Of a stretch of 48,237 bases of DNA, positions 25,719-35,770 are shown one piece after another. The notes under the pieces were generated by a model that saw nothing but the letters and a program-made list of their open reading frames with translations, made no database searches and was not told the DNA's origin. Numbering within the stretch: position 1 is the stretch's first letter; every line of letters begins with the position of its first letter. The stretch covers positions 1 to 48,237 of the forward strand of contig CAVFWX010000002.1 in NCBI GenBank assembly GCA_963626225.1, in the 5' to 3' direction. Position numbers and translations under genes: made by a program. This DNA is from Anaerotignum sp. Lineage in GTDB: Bacteria > Bacillota > Negativicutes > Selenomonadales > Selenomonadaceae.

Positions 25719-25764
25719 GACACAGGAAGTGTACGTTTTAGCAGGTAGCTTCCTGTGTTTTTTT
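25719..25764 (+). terminator. Intrinsic terminator after the HD gene
   Basis: GACACAGGAAG...CTTCCTGTGTT followed by a T run; large loop. Confidence 0.7.
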
Positions 25765-25906
25765 GTGGCAGAAATTTAATCTGATTTTCATAATCAATAA
25801 AGAGTTTTGTGTTATAATGGTAGGAAATATTTGCTGAATGTAATTTATCACTAGGACAATGTGATACGTTGATATATTGCAGTGGTTTATCCGGGGAGTG
25901 GAGCAC

Positions 25907-28900
25907 TTGACTAAGATACAGAAAACAATAACAGCGGTGGTGGGGGTAGTCTGCCTGCTATGCCTGGGGCTATGGGGATATATCTCATCCCAGGGATTTA
26001 TGGAAACGGCAGCTCAGCAGGCAGGAAATATAGCCAGTGAAACCCTTTCTACCAAGGTGGAACTGGGACAGGTTCAGGTGAAGTCCTGGCGGCAGCTGCA
26101 GGTAGATGGACTGGACGTCTATGACAAGCAGGATAAGCTGATAGCCCATGTGGATGAGGCTGTTATCAATATCAGTCCTCTGGCCATGATAAGGGATTCT
26201 GTAACAGAGGGCATTAGCAGCATAGATGTAAATAGGGCTGATGTGACCATTGAGCAGCGGCAGGACAATACCTGGAACTATGAGGATCTTATCAGTGAAA
26301 GTGAAAGTAGCAACAAATTTACGGCAAAGATAAATATTAATGATTCTGTCCTGCGTAGCAGCTACAATGGGCAGTCTATTGTGGTGAATAAACTCAAGGG
26401 CACAGTGGATTTGTCTGACTATCCAGCTATGAGCCTGGAGGCAACTGGGGAGAATCAGGGAACGGAGATGAATATTTCGGCTCAACTGGATACAGCTGAT
26501 ATGGCATCAAATGGCAGGACTACTGGAGGGCAAAGCTTTAGCCTGGAAGTGAAAAATCTAAATCTGGAGGACTATCTGCCATTTGTTCCTGAAGGAACTA
26601 TTTCGGAAGATACGGTAAAGGACATCAAGGGCATGGTAAAGGCCTTAACGGTATCTGGCAAGAGAGAGGGCACAGAGCTATCCTATCATGGACAAATAGA
26701 ATTGGAGGATGGCAGCTGTACTCTGCTGGAGTCTCATCCTGTGGAAAATATCAAGGTGCTGGCTACCTTTAACGAAAAGGAAGCACTGCTTTGGGCTAGT
26801 GGGGAGACTATGGGGCAGAAGGCTGCAGCCCATGGAAAAATCATCATCAATGATGGCAGTCTGGAGCTGGATCTTCAGGCTGTCTCCGATAGCTTTGAGC
26901 CATCTGCTGTGGTGGAGGACATTCCTTATGAGGGACCAATAAAATTCAAGACACATATTACCGGGGCAGCAGATAATCCACGGGTGGATGCCCTAGTGGA
27001 GGCAAAAAGCGGTACTGTAAAGGGTATTGGCTTTACTGATTTGGCTGCCCAGGTTTCCTATGCTGACAGCATGGTTTTGCTGAACAATGCTTCTTTGAAT
27101 ATAGCTGGCGGCCGTATAGAGGCTGTAGGTAGCTTTGATGCCAAGAGCTATGACTTTACAGGAAATGGAAAGCTTCAGGGAATTTCTGCTTCTGATGTAG
27201 CTGATATTGCTGCTAGCTTTGGGGCAGGCAGCAATTTGTCCGGCGTAGGAGGCAGCATATCCGGTGATTTCTCCTTTAGCGGCAATGCCAATCATCCGGA
27301 GGATGTGGCTCTTTATGGAGCACTGGGAGGAAATAATCTAAGCTATAATGGGCTGGTTATCAATGAATTGAAAAGCTCCCTGGCCAGAGAGGGCGACAAG
27401 ATAACTGTGGACTACCTTAGCTGTCTGCTGCCTGGTGGGGGCAGCTTCGGACTGGAGGGCAATGTGGTTTTGCACAAGACCATTGATGTGTCCTTCTATG
27501 GCTCCGAGGTGGATATGTCCCTGATGGACAACCTTATTCCTGATGTGCCTATTGCAGGCTTTTTGGATATTAAGGGCACTATGCAGGGAGATATTGACAA
27601 TCCTATTGTCCGTGCCAGATATTCTGCCCATGACGGACATATTTACCATCAGCCTTATGATAGGTTCCATGGCTCTGCGGCGGGCAGCCTGCGAGGAGTA
27701 AAGATTGATGACTTTGTCATGGAGCATGGGCCTAAAACCAAGTGGTATGCCCAGGGTATGATGGGGTTCCTTGGGGACAAGGGCATCAATATGCGTGTTG
27801 ATACAGTGGGTGCCCGCATGGAGGATATTATGGCGGCAGTGGCACCAGATCAGCCTCTTACCGGCAATGTGGACAATGTAATTACCATTACGGGAACCCT
27901 GAAGGATCCAAATGTTGTGGGCTATGTGCATTTTTATCAGGGCAGCTACAACGGCATTTTCATCAACGGCATGGACGGCGACTACTATATTAAGGATAGA
28001 GATTTGATTTTGCAGGACTTCCATGTATTTACCCCGTGGATTGATGTGGACTTTAACGGTACCGTGGATAAGGAAGGAAAAATCGATCTGGATGCCATGG
28101 TACATGAGGTGGATTTGAGCCGCTACAACAAGAATCTGCCGATTCCGTTACAGGGGACGGCCAGGTTCAAGGGAAAGCTTACCGGCACTATTGACAATCC
28201 TCTGTTTAATGGCCAGCTGGATGCTTCGGATTTGGCAGTCAATGATCAGGAAATCAAGGATGTAGGGGGCAAGGTTCGCTACGAGAATAAATTTGTTTTC
28301 TTCGATGATATAGCCTTCAAGCAGAATGATGGCACCTATAAATTCTCCGGCAATGTAAATATTGCAAACAAGCATATCCGGGGACGTATGGATGTGGACA
28401 AGGGGGATATCCATAGCCTTATATCCATGACAGGCTTCAGGGCCAATGACATTAACGGCACCATTACAGGCAATGCAGTATTCGGCGGCAGCCTGTCGGA
28501 GCCTCAGGCCAAAATCAGTGCCTTTGTAACAGACGGCTCCATGGGTAGCTATGCTTTGGACAATGTGTCCATGGCAGGCAGCCTGGACAATACGAAAATC
28601 TATATCGACACCTTCAGCGGTCAGGAGGGTGCTGCTGGTACCTTTGATGTAAAGGGCGTTGTGGACATGGCAGGGGATGTGGATGTAACAGCAACTCTGG
28701 CCAATGTTGATGTTGGTGCCTTTACCCAGGCAGTGGGAGCGGGAACCAAGGTGGGAGGAACCATTGATACTACTGTCCATGTAACAGGCAGCCATGCTGC
28801 ACCAAGGGCAGAGATTCCAGTCTCCATCAAGAATCTGCAGGTGGAAAACACCTTTATAGATAGCATTGAGGGCACATTGGATGTGGCCGACCGGGTAATA

Positions 28901-30325
28901 ACCTTGCGGGATATGAAGGCTAGCAAGAACTATAATGATGTAACCTATACCTTGACGGCACAGGGGCGGATTCCTTTGGCTGCATTGGGAGATGAAATGC
29001 CAAATGCAGTGAACCAGTTTGACGTAACCCTGTCCTTGGCAGATGCAGATTTGAGCCTGCTGCCTACCCTGTCCAAGTATATTGACTGGGCGGTGGGACC
29101 AACAGATGGACGGCTGCGGCTCCAGGGAACTATGGCAGCACCTTATGTTACTGGTGCTTTGAGGGTATCTGATGGTGCCTTTAAGATTAAGGATGTGGTA
29201 AAGCCGGTAACGGATTTCAATGCCAATATCCAGTTTACAGGTCATGATATTACTATTGATCAGCTCCAAGGCATGATGGGATCTGGTAAATTTGATATTT
29301 CTGGCCATGGCCATCTGACTGGCAATACACTGGATGACTATAATTTGGCTGCTATCTTTGAAAAGCTGGATGTAGAAAGCTCCATATATACGGGGCCGTT
29401 GGATGCTACCCTGAATGTGGATAGCCAGAAGATCCATACTCCGGATAATGGTACCAGGATTATACCAAAGGTTTCCGGAAAGATGTTTGTGGAAAATGTG
29501 CTTTTCTCCATACCAAGTGAGCTGCCGGAATCCTCTGATGATATGCCTTTGGCTATGTTGGACTACACCCTGGAGTTGGGGAAGAATGTCAGATTTTTCA
29601 GCCCATCCCTGGGAGATCTTCGTCTGGCAGGTGGGGCTTACTTCGGAGGGCTGACCATCCATCCAAATACCTCCGGTTCCATCTATATAACCAAGGGCAA
29701 TCTGAGCTATTTGAAAACCAACTTTAAGGTTTATGAGGGAGCTATCAACTTTGGCCAGGCAGATACCCTGTTGCCCAATATTGTTCTGAATGCTGGCACC
29801 AAGATCGGCAATACCAATGTATTCCTATCCCTGGATGGACCTGTTACCAGCATGAATTTCAAGCTTACATCAGATCCTAAGATGGGGGAGGCGGAAATTA
29901 TCCAGCTGTTGACCCTGCGTAGTGATTATTATAACAAGGATCAAAGTGATGCCAGCAAGTTTACTTCTATGCTGAACATCGGTCTGCAGATGACCATTTT
30001 GTCAGAGGTTGAAAGAGCAATGCGGAATGTGTTGAACCTGGATTTGCTCACCATTGAAAGGGATACTGTGACCAAGGGCTTGAACAACAACAGCGATGGC
30101 AGCACTACGGAAAAAAATAGTGACAAGAATGCCTATGAGGTGTACAATATCACACTAGGGAAGAATATTTCCGACAAGGCTTTGATAAAATACACCCAGA
30201 GCATGACTACCGATGATTACAGCTATGGCATAGACTATGAGCTGTCCAACAAGATTAACCTGACTTATACAAGGGATCAGGACAGTGACTACTATGCCGG
30301 CATTGAAGCCAGGTTTACTTTCTGA
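25907..30325 (+). CDS. tamB: TamB/AsmA-like translocation and assembly module protein
   Basis: About 1470 aa, N-terminal TM anchor, long amphipathic beta-strand repeats, C-terminal DUF490-like region ending RFTF; upstream of bamA; TTG start after GGGGAG. Confidence 0.85.
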   Translation: MTKIQKTITAVVGVVCLLCLGLWGYISSQGFMETAAQQAGNIASETLSTKVELGQVQVKSWRQLQVDGLDVYDKQDKLIAHVDEAVINISPLAMIRDSVTEGISSIDVNRADVTIEQRQDNTWNYEDLISESESSNKFTAKININDSVLRSSYNGQSIVVNKLKGTVDLSDYPAMSLEATGENQGTEMNISAQLDTADMASNGRTTGGQSFSLEVKNLNLEDYLPFVPEGTISEDTVKDIKGMVKALTVSGKREGTELSYHGQIELEDGSCTLLESHPVENIKVLATFNEKEALLWASGETMGQKAAAHGKIIINDGSLELDLQAVSDSFEPSAVVEDIPYEGPIKFKTHITGAADNPRVDALVEAKSGTVKGIGFTDLAAQVSYADSMVLLNNASLNIAGGRIEAVGSFDAKSYDFTGNGKLQGISASDVADIAASFGAGSNLSGVGGSISGDFSFSGNANHPEDVALYGALGGNNLSYNGLVINELKSSLAREGDKITVDYLSCLLPGGGSFGLEGNVVLHKTIDVSFYGSEVDMSLMDNLIPDVPIAGFLDIKGTMQGDIDNPIVRARYSAHDGHIYHQPYDRFHGSAAGSLRGVKIDDFVMEHGPKTKWYAQGMMGFLGDKGINMRVDTVGARMEDIMAAVAPDQPLTGNVDNVITITGTLKDPNVVGYVHFYQGSYNGIFINGMDGDYYIKDRDLILQDFHVFTPWIDVDFNGTVDKEGKIDLDAMVHEVDLSRYNKNLPIPLQGTARFKGKLTGTIDNPLFNGQLDASDLAVNDQEIKDVGGKVRYENKFVFFDDIAFKQNDGTYKFSGNVNIANKHIRGRMDVDKGDIHSLISMTGFRANDINGTITGNAVFGGSLSEPQAKISAFVTDGSMGSYALDNVSMAGSLDNTKIYIDTFSGQEGAAGTFDVKGVVDMAGDVDVTATLANVDVGAFTQAVGAGTKVGGTIDTTVHVTGSHAAPRAEIPVSIKNLQVENTFIDSIEGTLDVADRVITLRDMKASKNYNDVTYTLTAQGRIPLAALGDEMPNAVNQFDVTLSLADADLSLLPTLSKYIDWAVGPTDGRLRLQGTMAAPYVTGALRVSDGAFKIKDVVKPVTDFNANIQFTGHDITIDQLQGMMGSGKFDISGHGHLTGNTLDDYNLAAIFEKLDVESSIYTGPLDATLNVDSQKIHTPDNGTRIIPKVSGKMFVENVLFSIPSELPESSDDMPLAMLDYTLELGKNVRFFSPSLGDLRLAGGAYFGGLTIHPNTSGSIYITKGNLSYLKTNFKVYEGAINFGQADTLLPNIVLNAGTKIGNTNVFLSLDGPVTSMNFKLTSDPKMGEAEIIQLLTLRSDYYNKDQSDASKFTSMLNIGLQMTILSEVERAMRNVLNLDLLTIERDTVTKGLNNNSDGSTTEKNSDKNAYEVYNITLGKNISDKALIKYTQSMTTDDYSYGIDYELSNKINLTYTRDQDSDYYAGIEARFTF

Positions 30326-30348
30326 TGAACCGGCAGGGAGGCAATAAA

Positions 30349-30984
30349 GTGCAGCTTGATAAATATATAGAAGAACTTAATAAAATCAAGCTGTTGGATT
30401 ATTGTGAAGAACAGGAGCTATGGCATCAGTACAAGGACCAGGGCAGCAATCAGGCCCGCAGCAGGATTATAGAGTCATATCAGCCTTTGGTATTTAAGGA
30501 AGCCAGGGATTTTCTGGCACTGGAAAATATCATGGATGTGATTCAAGAAGGAACTGTGGGACTTATTGAGGCTGCAGAAAGCTTTGATTATAACAGAGGT
30601 GTTGCCTTCAGTATTTTTGCCTCCTATAGGATAAAGGGTAGAATGTTCAACTTCCTCAAAAAGGAGGGTAAGGCGGATGTAGCCTGCCTGGAAGAAAATA
30701 ATCAAGGGCTATACTCTGGCTTGGAGCTTGTGGCAGATACGGGCATTATGCCTGTACCAGATCAGGTGGAGCTTCAGGAGGTATCCCATCAGGTAAAGAC
30801 AGCCATGAACCGGCTGCCTGACAAGGAGTATAAGGTACTGGAGGGCATTTATGTGAAATGCCAGGAGGCTAACCAGGTAGCCAGCCAGATGAATGTCAGC
30901 ACATCCTATATTTACCAGCTGCAAAAGAGCGGTGTCCGGCGAGTCCGGGGGATGCTGTCAAGATTCATTCATCAGTGGAAATAG
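30349..30984 (+). CDS. Alternative sigma-70 family RNA polymerase sigma factor
   Basis: Region 1.2-like YIEELNKIKLL...EEQELW, region 2 DVIQEGTVGLIEAAESFD..RG..FS.FA.YRI, region 4 HTH; GTG start after GGGAGG (ATG 30325 is an alternative). Confidence 0.9.
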   Translation: MQLDKYIEELNKIKLLDYCEEQELWHQYKDQGSNQARSRIIESYQPLVFKEARDFLALENIMDVIQEGTVGLIEAAESFDYNRGVAFSIFASYRIKGRMFNFLKKEGKADVACLEENNQGLYSGLELVADTGIMPVPDQVELQEVSHQVKTAMNRLPDKEYKVLEGIYVKCQEANQVASQMNVSTSYIYQLQKSGVRRVRGMLSRFIHQWK

Positions 30985-31159
30985 CCTGGCTAAGATATAC
31001 TGGCTTCTAAAAATATATTTATAGCTGATATTGGTAGCTATAGAGAGCTAAAGGGACATATACCAGAAAAAACAGGCAATATCCCCTAAATATGAATGTC
31101 AAAAAATATAGGCAGCTATGGATTGTATTCATTAGTTAATCTTCAAGGAGAGATATACA

Positions 31160-31720
31160 ATGGATAAGCAGAAGGATGTGCGAAAGCATATAGCTGCCGC
31201 CAAGGGTTGGCTAAATAAGGCTGACGATTCCTTGGAACAAGAAAATGATATACAAGGTGATTTGAAGCTGATGCTGGCTCATGCCGAGCTGCAACGTGCT
31301 CAGGAGAAAAATGACCAAAAGCTGTGTGTCCGCTGGTTCAAGCGGCTGGCACCGCCTGTAGTGGCCTGCATTCTAGTATTGGCAGGTATACTTTATATGC
31401 AGGCTGGCAAAAATCTCCAGGAGCCACAGGTGCAGAAGCTGGTGGAGACAGCTGGTGAATCTGCTGCTGGCCAAATAACATTGCCTCAGACAGTAGAGGA
31501 AAAGCCTGATGCTCAGGGTATTTGGCTGGTAAATGAAGCCAAAAATGATGAGGAGGCAGCAAATAGCTATGAGGCTGCCGATAATCATATTGACTATGAT
31601 ACCGATAATGAGGACAATTATAATGATAATATACCCGGGCAGTCACAGCAGGAATTGAAAGTTCCTGACAGAGAGCTGCAAAAGCTGATGCAGTCAGCAG
31701 GAAGCGTTTTGCGGGAATAA
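31160..31720 (+). CDS. Hypothetical bitopic membrane protein
   Basis: Charged helical N-terminus, one TM segment (LAPPVVACILVLAGILYM), acidic low-complexity C-terminus; SD AAGGAG. Confidence 0.75.
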   Translation: MDKQKDVRKHIAAAKGWLNKADDSLEQENDIQGDLKLMLAHAELQRAQEKNDQKLCVRWFKRLAPPVVACILVLAGILYMQAGKNLQEPQVQKLVETAGESAAGQITLPQTVEEKPDAQGIWLVNEAKNDEEAANSYEAADNHIDYDTDNEDNYNDNIPGQSQQELKVPDRELQKLMQSAGSVLRE

Positions 31721-31811
31721 CAGATACCTTGGGAAAATATAAATCCCCAAGACAAAGGCTGCTTTTATATAAATGAATTTAAGGGAAGAAGATATGTGGG
31801 AGGTTATATCC

Positions 31812-33758
31812 TTGAAAAAAAATGAGTACAAGTTTTTGACATGTGCAGTGGCTTTGTCCCTGTCTATGGGTCTGGGAAATGGTACTGCCTTTGCAGCCAC
31901 CGATGGTACTGCTACCCCAACTGTTGTGGGCGTAGATTTGAATTCCGGCAAGGGAACTGTATTGGGTGACAATACTACAACTGTAAAGGGTTCTGTTGAA
32001 CTGCCAGATGAGAAAACAGTGGAGCAGGAAATCAATGCTCAGGAATCAGCACCAGCTGCATCAGATCGCATGGCTCAGTGGAATGCATCCCGTCCAGCTG
32101 ATGAGGATTTGAACAAGATGATGGAGTCTATCGAGGGCAACACCATTGTGGATGTAAAATATGATGGTGTCAGCGACGATATTATTGATACCATCAAAAT
32201 GGCCCAGGTATCAAAAGCAGGAGATATTTGCTCCATTGGACTTTTGTCTGAGGATGCCAGCAATATCTATGGTACTGGATATTTTTACGACATTTATCCA
32301 TCCTTTGAGACTGTTCCAGAGGGTGTAATCGTTACTTATCATCTTTTTGAGACACCAATTATTAGCAGCGTGGAGCTGGATGGCAACACCGATATTGAGC
32401 CTACCAGCAAGCTGCAGTCCAAAATGCAGCTGAAGGCCGGGGACAGGTTGAACCGCATTGCCTTGAAGGAGGATGTCCGTGCCCTGCAGAAGCAGTACAT
32501 GAAAGATGGCTACATAAGGGCCAAGATCCGTGATCTGGATGTAGGTGATGATGGCAAGCTGGTTATTAAGATCAATGAGGGTATTTTGGAAGGCTTTAAG
32601 ATCAAGGGCCTGAAAAAAACCAAGGAAAAGGTTGTACTTCGGGAGCTTCGTTCCAAGGTAGGCAAGCCTTTGAATAAAAATGATATGATCCGCAGCTATC
32701 AGCGTCTGACCAATCTGGATTTCTTCGAATCCGTAGACATAAAGCCTATTGAAGGTCTGGAGCCAAATGCCTGCGTACTGGAAGTAGATGTTACCGAGAA
32801 GAATACTGGTGTATTCGGTATTGGTGCAGGATATAGCAGCTCTGACGGCTTTGTGGGCATGATCAGCCTGGGTGACCGCAATTTCCGTGGTACTGGTGAT
32901 TCTGTCAATGTAAGCTTTACCAAGAGTAGTACCGATACCAGTGCCAAGGGCTATACTTTCTCCTACCATCGTCCATGGCTGGACAGCAAGGAAACCGGCG
33001 GTACCTTCAAGATTTATAACCGTACCTATCGTTACAATGAATACGATGAAAACAGTGATTTCATCGAGGAATTCATGCGTAAGAATGTTGGTTTTGAGCT
33101 GGGTTTCTCCCGTCCTCAGAGTGAGTATACCTCCAATTCCATTACCTTCCGCAACAAGAAGGATACTTATGTGAAACATAAGGATGGTAGAGATAGAAGT
33201 GGAAATATGGATTGGCGTGATGCCAACTTCGGCTTGACCCGCTCCTTGATTTTCAATCACATTACTGATACCCGTGACAATTATATCTATCCTACCGATG
33301 GCTATAAGTCTGTTCTGGGGTATGAGTATTCAGGCCTTGGTGGCGACTTCAAGTATCACAAGTTCACCATTGATGGCTCCACCTTCCGCAAGGTAGGCCG
33401 GAACCAGGTATTGGTATTCCATGGCAGCTATGGTCATGCTACTTCTACCCTGCCAACTATTGCCAAGTTTATGCTGGGCGGCCAGGACACCATCCGTGGC
33501 TATCGTGATGATATTTTCCGGGGCAACAGCATGATTCTGGGCAACATCGAGTATCGCTTCCCACTGTCCAAGAACTTCAAGGCAGCCCTGTTTACAGACT
33601 TTGGTTCTGCCTGGGATAGCGGCTGGAAGCCATCCAAGCTTCATGGTAGCTATGGTGTAGGTATCATGCTGGATTCCCCTCTGGGACTTATCCGTGTTGA
33701 CATTGGTCATGGTTCTCAGGGCAACAGAGTTCACTTTAACGTAGGCGGCACATTCTAA
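31812..33758 (+). CDS. bamA: Omp85 family outer-membrane protein assembly factor BamA
   Basis: Signal peptide (AFA), about three POTRA repeats (GYF, GYI, DFF motifs), beta-barrel with IRGY lid motif, terminal F; TTG start after GGGAGG. Confidence 0.9.
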   Translation: MKKNEYKFLTCAVALSLSMGLGNGTAFAATDGTATPTVVGVDLNSGKGTVLGDNTTTVKGSVELPDEKTVEQEINAQESAPAASDRMAQWNASRPADEDLNKMMESIEGNTIVDVKYDGVSDDIIDTIKMAQVSKAGDICSIGLLSEDASNIYGTGYFYDIYPSFETVPEGVIVTYHLFETPIISSVELDGNTDIEPTSKLQSKMQLKAGDRLNRIALKEDVRALQKQYMKDGYIRAKIRDLDVGDDGKLVIKINEGILEGFKIKGLKKTKEKVVLRELRSKVGKPLNKNDMIRSYQRLTNLDFFESVDIKPIEGLEPNACVLEVDVTEKNTGVFGIGAGYSSSDGFVGMISLGDRNFRGTGDSVNVSFTKSSTDTSAKGYTFSYHRPWLDSKETGGTFKIYNRTYRYNEYDENSDFIEEFMRKNVGFELGFSRPQSEYTSNSITFRNKKDTYVKHKDGRDRSGNMDWRDANFGLTRSLIFNHITDTRDNYIYPTDGYKSVLGYEYSGLGGDFKYHKFTIDGSTFRKVGRNQVLVFHGSYGHATSTLPTIAKFMLGGQDTIRGYRDDIFRGNSMILGNIEYRFPLSKNFKAALFTDFGSAWDSGWKPSKLHGSYGVGIMLDSPLGLIRVDIGHGSQGNRVHFNVGGTF

Positions 33759-35068
33759 TGAGGCTGCAGGAGCCAGGTAGGCTGGCAGCCATCATATGTC
33801 TGCTGGGCCTGCTTTGGTTTCTGCCAGCAGGCTTAGGCCAGGCGGCTGCTCCTGTTGATATACAGGAAGTGGAGGCAGTGGTTCAGGCAGATGGAAATCT
33901 GCCTCTGCCTGTGCAGCAGCGTATGGAAAAGAGCGTCCAAGCCATAGGTGAGCAGCTTTTAGAGGGCAAGTCCCTGGAAGCTGTAAGTCAGGATAGGAAG
34001 CAGTACGAGAATATTATTCTGCAGGTATTTGACAAGGTATTGGTGGGATATACAGTAAATGCTGTGGAGCTGAAGCCTGGGGAAAATACACAAATTCGTG
34101 TCACTATCCTGCCTTGGCAGGACAAAATAACCCAGGTTCACACCAAGGTAACTGTGGAGGGCATGAGTCCTGAGTTGGCACAGCTTCTTTATCAGGATGT
34201 AGCTGGCATGGATGAAATATTCAGCAACAGCCTTCAGGGGCTGCCTATTGCGGCCGTTGACTGGACCCATGGTTTGCTGAAAAAGCAGGTAAATGCCTTT
34301 CTGCAGCAGCGTGCCCCGGAATTTCGGGCAGATTTTGATGTAAATGTAGCGGAGGATACCCAGGTAAATGTAGTGCTTTATCCATTGCTGCCTGTGGTTC
34401 GCACCGTGGATTTGAGTATGCACTCTGATACCATGCTGAATGCAGGATTGCTGCTACGGCGGGACAAGATGCAAAACCGCATCAACCAGCTTATTGGCTT
34501 GCCTGTGCCCTTTGTGGCAAGGCATCGCCAGGAAATGGAAGCATATCTGGAAGATATCCTGAACCAGGATAAGATTTTTCAGGCTTGGGATATGACAACC
34601 CAGGTAACCATTGCTCCCGGAGAGAAGCTTGCAGTTATGAGCCGTACTGATTCTGGCCTATATCGTGTCCGTCTGGAAGGACGAGCTGATATAGGCAACA
34701 GCCATGGCAATCGTGAGGACACCAGCCTTCAGGCAAGATTACATCTTGGCAGAAGGCTCTCAAGCAGGGATGAGTTTTTTGTAAGAATGAATGTTTATCC
34801 CCAGTCCATGAAATTGGATTGGAACCTGGGCTATGGCTACAATCTTCCTACAGGCACGGATTTGACACTGCTTTATGATTTCACCAATAGTGCCATTGGT
34901 GTAGAGGCTCAGCAAAAATTAGCGGACAGGCTGTATGTTAGATACGCTTATAGGGCAGTCGACCATAGGAATGAATATGCTCTGGGCTATCGGCTCCATG
35001 ATTTCCTGGCCTTAGAATACGCCAGGGATCCATATAATAGCTGGCTAAGGTTTATTGGATATTTTTAA
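33758..35068 (+). CDS. Hypothetical exported protein, probable outer-membrane beta-barrel with a periplasmic N-terminal part
   Basis: Signal peptide; alternating aromatic beta-strands at the C-terminus ending LRFIGYF; start overlaps the bamA stop (TAATG). Confidence 0.65.
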   Translation: MRLQEPGRLAAIICLLGLLWFLPAGLGQAAAPVDIQEVEAVVQADGNLPLPVQQRMEKSVQAIGEQLLEGKSLEAVSQDRKQYENIILQVFDKVLVGYTVNAVELKPGENTQIRVTILPWQDKITQVHTKVTVEGMSPELAQLLYQDVAGMDEIFSNSLQGLPIAAVDWTHGLLKKQVNAFLQQRAPEFRADFDVNVAEDTQVNVVLYPLLPVVRTVDLSMHSDTMLNAGLLLRRDKMQNRINQLIGLPVPFVARHRQEMEAYLEDILNQDKIFQAWDMTTQVTIAPGEKLAVMSRTDSGLYRVRLEGRADIGNSHGNREDTSLQARLHLGRRLSSRDEFFVRMNVYPQSMKLDWNLGYGYNLPTGTDLTLLYDFTNSAIGVEAQQKLADRLYVRYAYRAVDHRNEYALGYRLHDFLALEYARDPYNSWLRFIGYF

Positions 35069-35081
35069 AGTGAAAATTCAT

Positions 35082-35110
35082 TTGCCTTTGCCTAGTATAA
35101 GGGTTATAAT
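35082..35110 (+). promoter_or_regulatory. Internal sigma-A promoter of ompH
   Basis: TTGCCT-17 nt-TATAAT. Confidence 0.65.
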
Positions 35111-35206
35111 GTATTTGCTTTTGTTCTAGGTGAAAATACTCGCTGTGACAGGAACAAGGACAAGGCATTTTAAGTATTTTGCTTATTAAAAGAAGGAGAC
35201 TAAAAA

Positions 35207-35671
35207 ATGATTCAGTTGAAAAAAGCACAGGTAAAAATTGTCAGTGTATTGATTGCACTGGTATTCGTAGGCAGTGTTGTTGCATTGGCTCTGACCCAGT
35301 CTGGTACTGGCGTGGCATCTGCAGCCGCTTCTTCCAATGTTGGCGTAGTTGATTATCGTCAGTTTACTAGCTTGAAGGTATTTACTGATGTAACCGATGA
35401 AATGAACAAGGCTAGACAGCAGGCTCAGCAGGATTTTGATGAGAAGTCTGCCAATATGACTGACGAGGAGAAGCAGTCTTATTATCAGCAGACCATGCAG
35501 AGACTTCAGCAGCAGGAGAGCGACCTGATGGAGCCTGCCATGAAGCAGGTTGAGGAAGCAGTAAAGGCTGTTGCCGATGCCAAGGGTATCACTGTAGTAT
35601 TGCATAAGGATGTTGTTGTATATGGCGGTACTGATATCACTCAGGACGTTGTGAAGAAGCTGTCCAAGTAA
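35207..35671 (+). CDS. OmpH/Skp family periplasmic chaperone
   Basis: N-terminal hydrophobic signal, VGVVDY, Q-rich coiled coil, VA..KG..VVL...VVYGGTDIT.DV. Confidence 0.9.
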   Translation: MIQLKKAQVKIVSVLIALVFVGSVVALALTQSGTGVASAAASSNVGVVDYRQFTSLKVFTDVTDEMNKARQQAQQDFDEKSANMTDEEKQSYYQQTMQRLQQQESDLMEPAMKQVEEAVKAVADAKGITVVLHKDVVVYGGTDITQDVVKKLSK

Positions 35672-35698
35672 TATCGTACAAGCAGATAGAATGTGATG

Positions 35699-35733
35699 AA
35701 GTACCGAGCTCCCCCGGGGCGCTCGGTACTTTG
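35699..35733 (+). terminator. Strong hairpin after the first ompH (stabiliser or partial terminator)
   Basis: AAGTACCGAGC...GCTCGGTACTT with only a short T tail. Confidence 0.55.
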
Positions 35734-35770
35734 CTGATATAGGATATGCAGGGCAGAAAGGAGCAATTTC

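Noticed and set aside
31019..31050. Recurrent AGCTA words and a TATAGCT/AGCTATA inverted repeat after the sigma gene
   Set aside because: Short and AT-rich with no consistent spacing; cannot be told apart from background without orthologues
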